Source: Aplysia californica (taxonomy: Eukaryota). Taken from it: DNA of 64,000 bases. How positions within the stretch are numbered: the stretch's first letter is position 1; the number at the start of each line of letters is the position of its first letter. Below are positions 62,764 through 64,000 of the stretch, in pieces. The DNA is taken from positions 218,832-282,831 of the forward strand of contig NW_004797271.1 of the NCBI RefSeq assembly GCF_000002075.1. Direction: 5' to 3'. The notes under the pieces were generated by a model. That model was given only the letters and a program-made list of their open reading frames with translations, had not been told where the DNA came from and searched no databases. Made by a program: the position numbers and the translations under genes.

Positions 62764-64000
62764 CAGTGGCGTCCAAAAGAAACTTGAAATAATTACCGAA
62801 TCATCATGTTAAAGCCTTGCACTACACACCCATGTAGCATACCAATTACAATTGAAATACATCAACTGACACTTTAATGCGTTAAGAAACGTTCGAGATA
62901 TGGTCACTCAAAATTGAACTTAAAAATCAGGCTTGGCAAAATTGTGTGAAATCGAAGAAAAGTAAAATTGTCTTCGCACATGTATGAGGAGCATTAATAT
63001 TGATAAAATTTACATACAATGCATATCCACTGAACTGAGAATTTTGTCTCTGCAAAAAACAATAGTTTAGTACGATTTTTTCAAAAGAAACGGAAAACAG
63101 CAATCACAAATACCACGCACAACTTGGACTTTACATTAAAAGTGCTCATTGTTATTTTGTTTAGGAGCCATGTTTCGTGCTGAGCACGAACCCTTTGGGT
63201 GTCGACTCAATTACAGTTTAGACATAACAATCTGTCAACCCAGATATCAAAGAGAGTTGCAAGAAAGGATCTGAATTGGGGGGGGGGGGGGGGCGCCTTT
63301 CTTCAGCTGCTGTTTCACGTGACTTTTTATACCTGTTGGGTTCATATCGGGGCTATTTACTGGTGACCACTCCAACGTTGATATGATTTAGTTTTCCAAG
63401 AAATGTCTAGTGACATTGGCTCTTTGAGAAAGTGCTTTGCCATGCATGGATTTTCTACTTGAATGATACAATGCCGAAAATAAGAACACTTGTGCGATGT
63501 AGACCAATAACCAAGCCATCTGGTTATTCTCATGAGGGCAGTTTTGTTTATTCCACCCCAGATCACCTAAAACAATAGCAGTTTCGTGGCCTCATTTCCT
63601 CATTGGCAGATGATTTTGTCCAAAATCAAATACAGTCCACGTGCAAGAAAGGTTCCCTGCTCTACACGAAACCAATTGCTCCTAAGCAAAAACAATATTA
63701 AACTAATGAACACATGTAACAGTGTTAAATACCGGTTGTGCGCGGTATTTAGGACTGCTTTGTTTTCCAATCAACCAAAGATGTTGTTCATAGCAGAGAT
63801 AATAATATTCTATTTCCATTTGATACATGTATTCAATACATGTCTATTCCACCAGTGTTGACCCCCCAATGTCGATGCACCTCAATACAAGTAAAAACAC
63901 AATTTTACGTTTGTTTGATTTCGCACAATTTCGCCAAGCCCGATTTTTAAAGATCAAATTTGAGTGGCCGTATTATATCGCGCGTCTCTTAACATAAATG
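62764..64000 (-). mobile_element. Tc1-like element with long TIRs, right end beyond the window
   Basis: TA|CAGTGGCGTCC start; 62875-63000 is inverted at 63870-64000; remnants VIWGGI and NSPDMNP. Confidence 0.8.

Overview
Eukaryotic, repeat-saturated draft-assembly DNA with 7 N-gaps. It is probably from an invertebrate; the Nin/Deu-, V- and CORE-type tRNA SINEs and TAGATCTA runs suggest a mollusc or gastropod (inference). Most of the window is decayed, heavily nested transposable elements. Retroelements: several copies of an RNase H-bearing I/Nimb-type LINE, Ingi-type and RTE-type LINE pieces, and three SINE superfamilies. DNA transposons: piggyBac, Tc1/mariner, Sola1, P/THAP9, hAT, PIF/Harbinger-like and Helitron, many with readable TIRs and target-site duplications. 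No transposon ORF is intact. The only likely host coding sequence is a minus-strand set of phase-compatible exons (39189-39143, 28009-27853, 26898-26753) encoding a Thr/Pro stalk, a GxxxG transmembrane helix, a Cys string and a basic tail. Best leads: this unnamed membrane protein; an Ingi fragment replacing the insertion domain of a P transposase with in-frame junctions; a Helitron flanked by a 36-bp duplication; a bipartite RTE derivative with a structured 5' head; 5'UTR swapping between LINE copies; and a spliced piggyBac gene. I see no CRISPR array, rRNA or intact tRNA, and no clearly new multi-gene system. All family names are from motif recognition, not database searches.
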